Part shown: positions 63,748 through 64,000 of the stretch, piece by piece
How positions within the stretch are numbered: position 1 is the stretch's first letter
Layout: every line of letters begins with the position of its first letter
Source of the DNA: Sideroxydans sp.
GTDB lineage: Bacteria; Pseudomonadota; Gammaproteobacteria; Burkholderiales; Gallionellaceae
Assembly (NCBI GenBank): GCA_043744345.1
Contig: JAYTUW010000043.1
Location: 6,535-70,534 of the forward strand
Direction of reading: 5' to 3'
Length of the DNA stretch: 64,000 nucleotides
Made by a program: the position numbers and the translations under genes
The notes under the pieces: model-generated
Databases searched by the model: none
The model's input: only the letters and a program-made list of their open reading frames with translations
Told to the model about the DNA's origin: nothing

Positions 63748-64000
63748 AGCCTATTCACAACAGGCCGTACTGCAGGCCATAGAGCAGGCCTTGGTTCAGG
63801 CCGTAGCCGAACACAAAGCCGGACAGTTGGAACTGGCCGCCAAACTCTATCAGGCGATTCTGCAACTCGATCCCGGGCATCCGGAGGCGAACCACAACCT
63901 GGGCGCGCTGGCGGTGCAGATGAAACAGCCAGCCAACGGATTGGCCTATTTCATGGCTGCCCTCGAGGCTGATCCCGCGCGCAGGCAGTACTGGCTGAGC
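63737..64000 (+). CDS. Fifth TPR-family gene, N-terminal fragment (runs off the window)
   Basis: It is not in the ORF track because no stop is reached. The ATG at 63737 overlaps the upstream stop. The translation MTTEAYSQQAVLQAIEQALVQAVAEHKAGQLELAAKLYQAILQLDPGHPEANHNLGALAVQMKQPANGLAYFMAALEADPARRQYWLS reproduces the shared N-terminal module. Confidence 0.65.
   Translation, partial: MTTEAYSQQAVLQAIEQALVQAVAEHKAGQLELAAKLYQAILQLDPGHPEANHNLGALAVQMKQPANGLAYFMAALEADPARRQYWLS

Overview
High-GC, Betaproteobacteria-like chromosomal segment (taxon is a guess from gene order and protein signatures). It is essentially one large flagellar/chemotaxis super-locus, interrupted once by unrelated genes. Left to right: (1) the 3' end of cheA, three MCP genes (one soluble with a complete CZB zinc-binding motif), cheR and a receiver-less cheB. 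(2) flhB, a FIST/NosP-like sensor gene, flhA, flhF, an flhG-like gene with a degenerate P-loop, fliA, motA, motB. (3) A visibly AT-richer ~2.3 kb insert carrying one 591-aa secreted orphan. (4) flgNMA (minus strand) and flgBCDEFGHIJKL (plus strand), with textbook sigma-28 promoters before flgM and flgK. (5) Two TPR-enzyme fusions (GT9-like, methyltransferase) and fliW. (6) An ~8 kb non-flagellar wedge: secreted DRGH nuclease, isochorismatase-family hydrolase, MBL-fold lipoprotein, LysR regulator, the O2-independent ubiquinone genes ubiU-ubiV-ubiT with an FNR-like box, a hemerythrin and two small orphans. (7) fliRQPONMLKJIHGF (minus strand) and fliE (plus strand). (8) A tandem array of five TPR-fusion genes that share N-terminal modules but carry different catalytic C-termini: SGNH-like, two methyltransferase types, a GT41/OGT-like domain, and one truncated by the window end. 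I saw no rRNA, tRNA, CRISPR array, transposase or integrase, and no flagellin, cheY, cheW or csrA gene. The most interesting signals are the modular TPR-enzyme family flanking the flagellar genes, the compositionally foreign orphan between motB and flgN, the FIST gene splitting flhB from flhA, and the FlhG that keeps its FlhF-activating motif but lacks both Walker A lysines. Many long ORFs in the track are antisense shadow ORFs typical of high-GC DNA and were not called.
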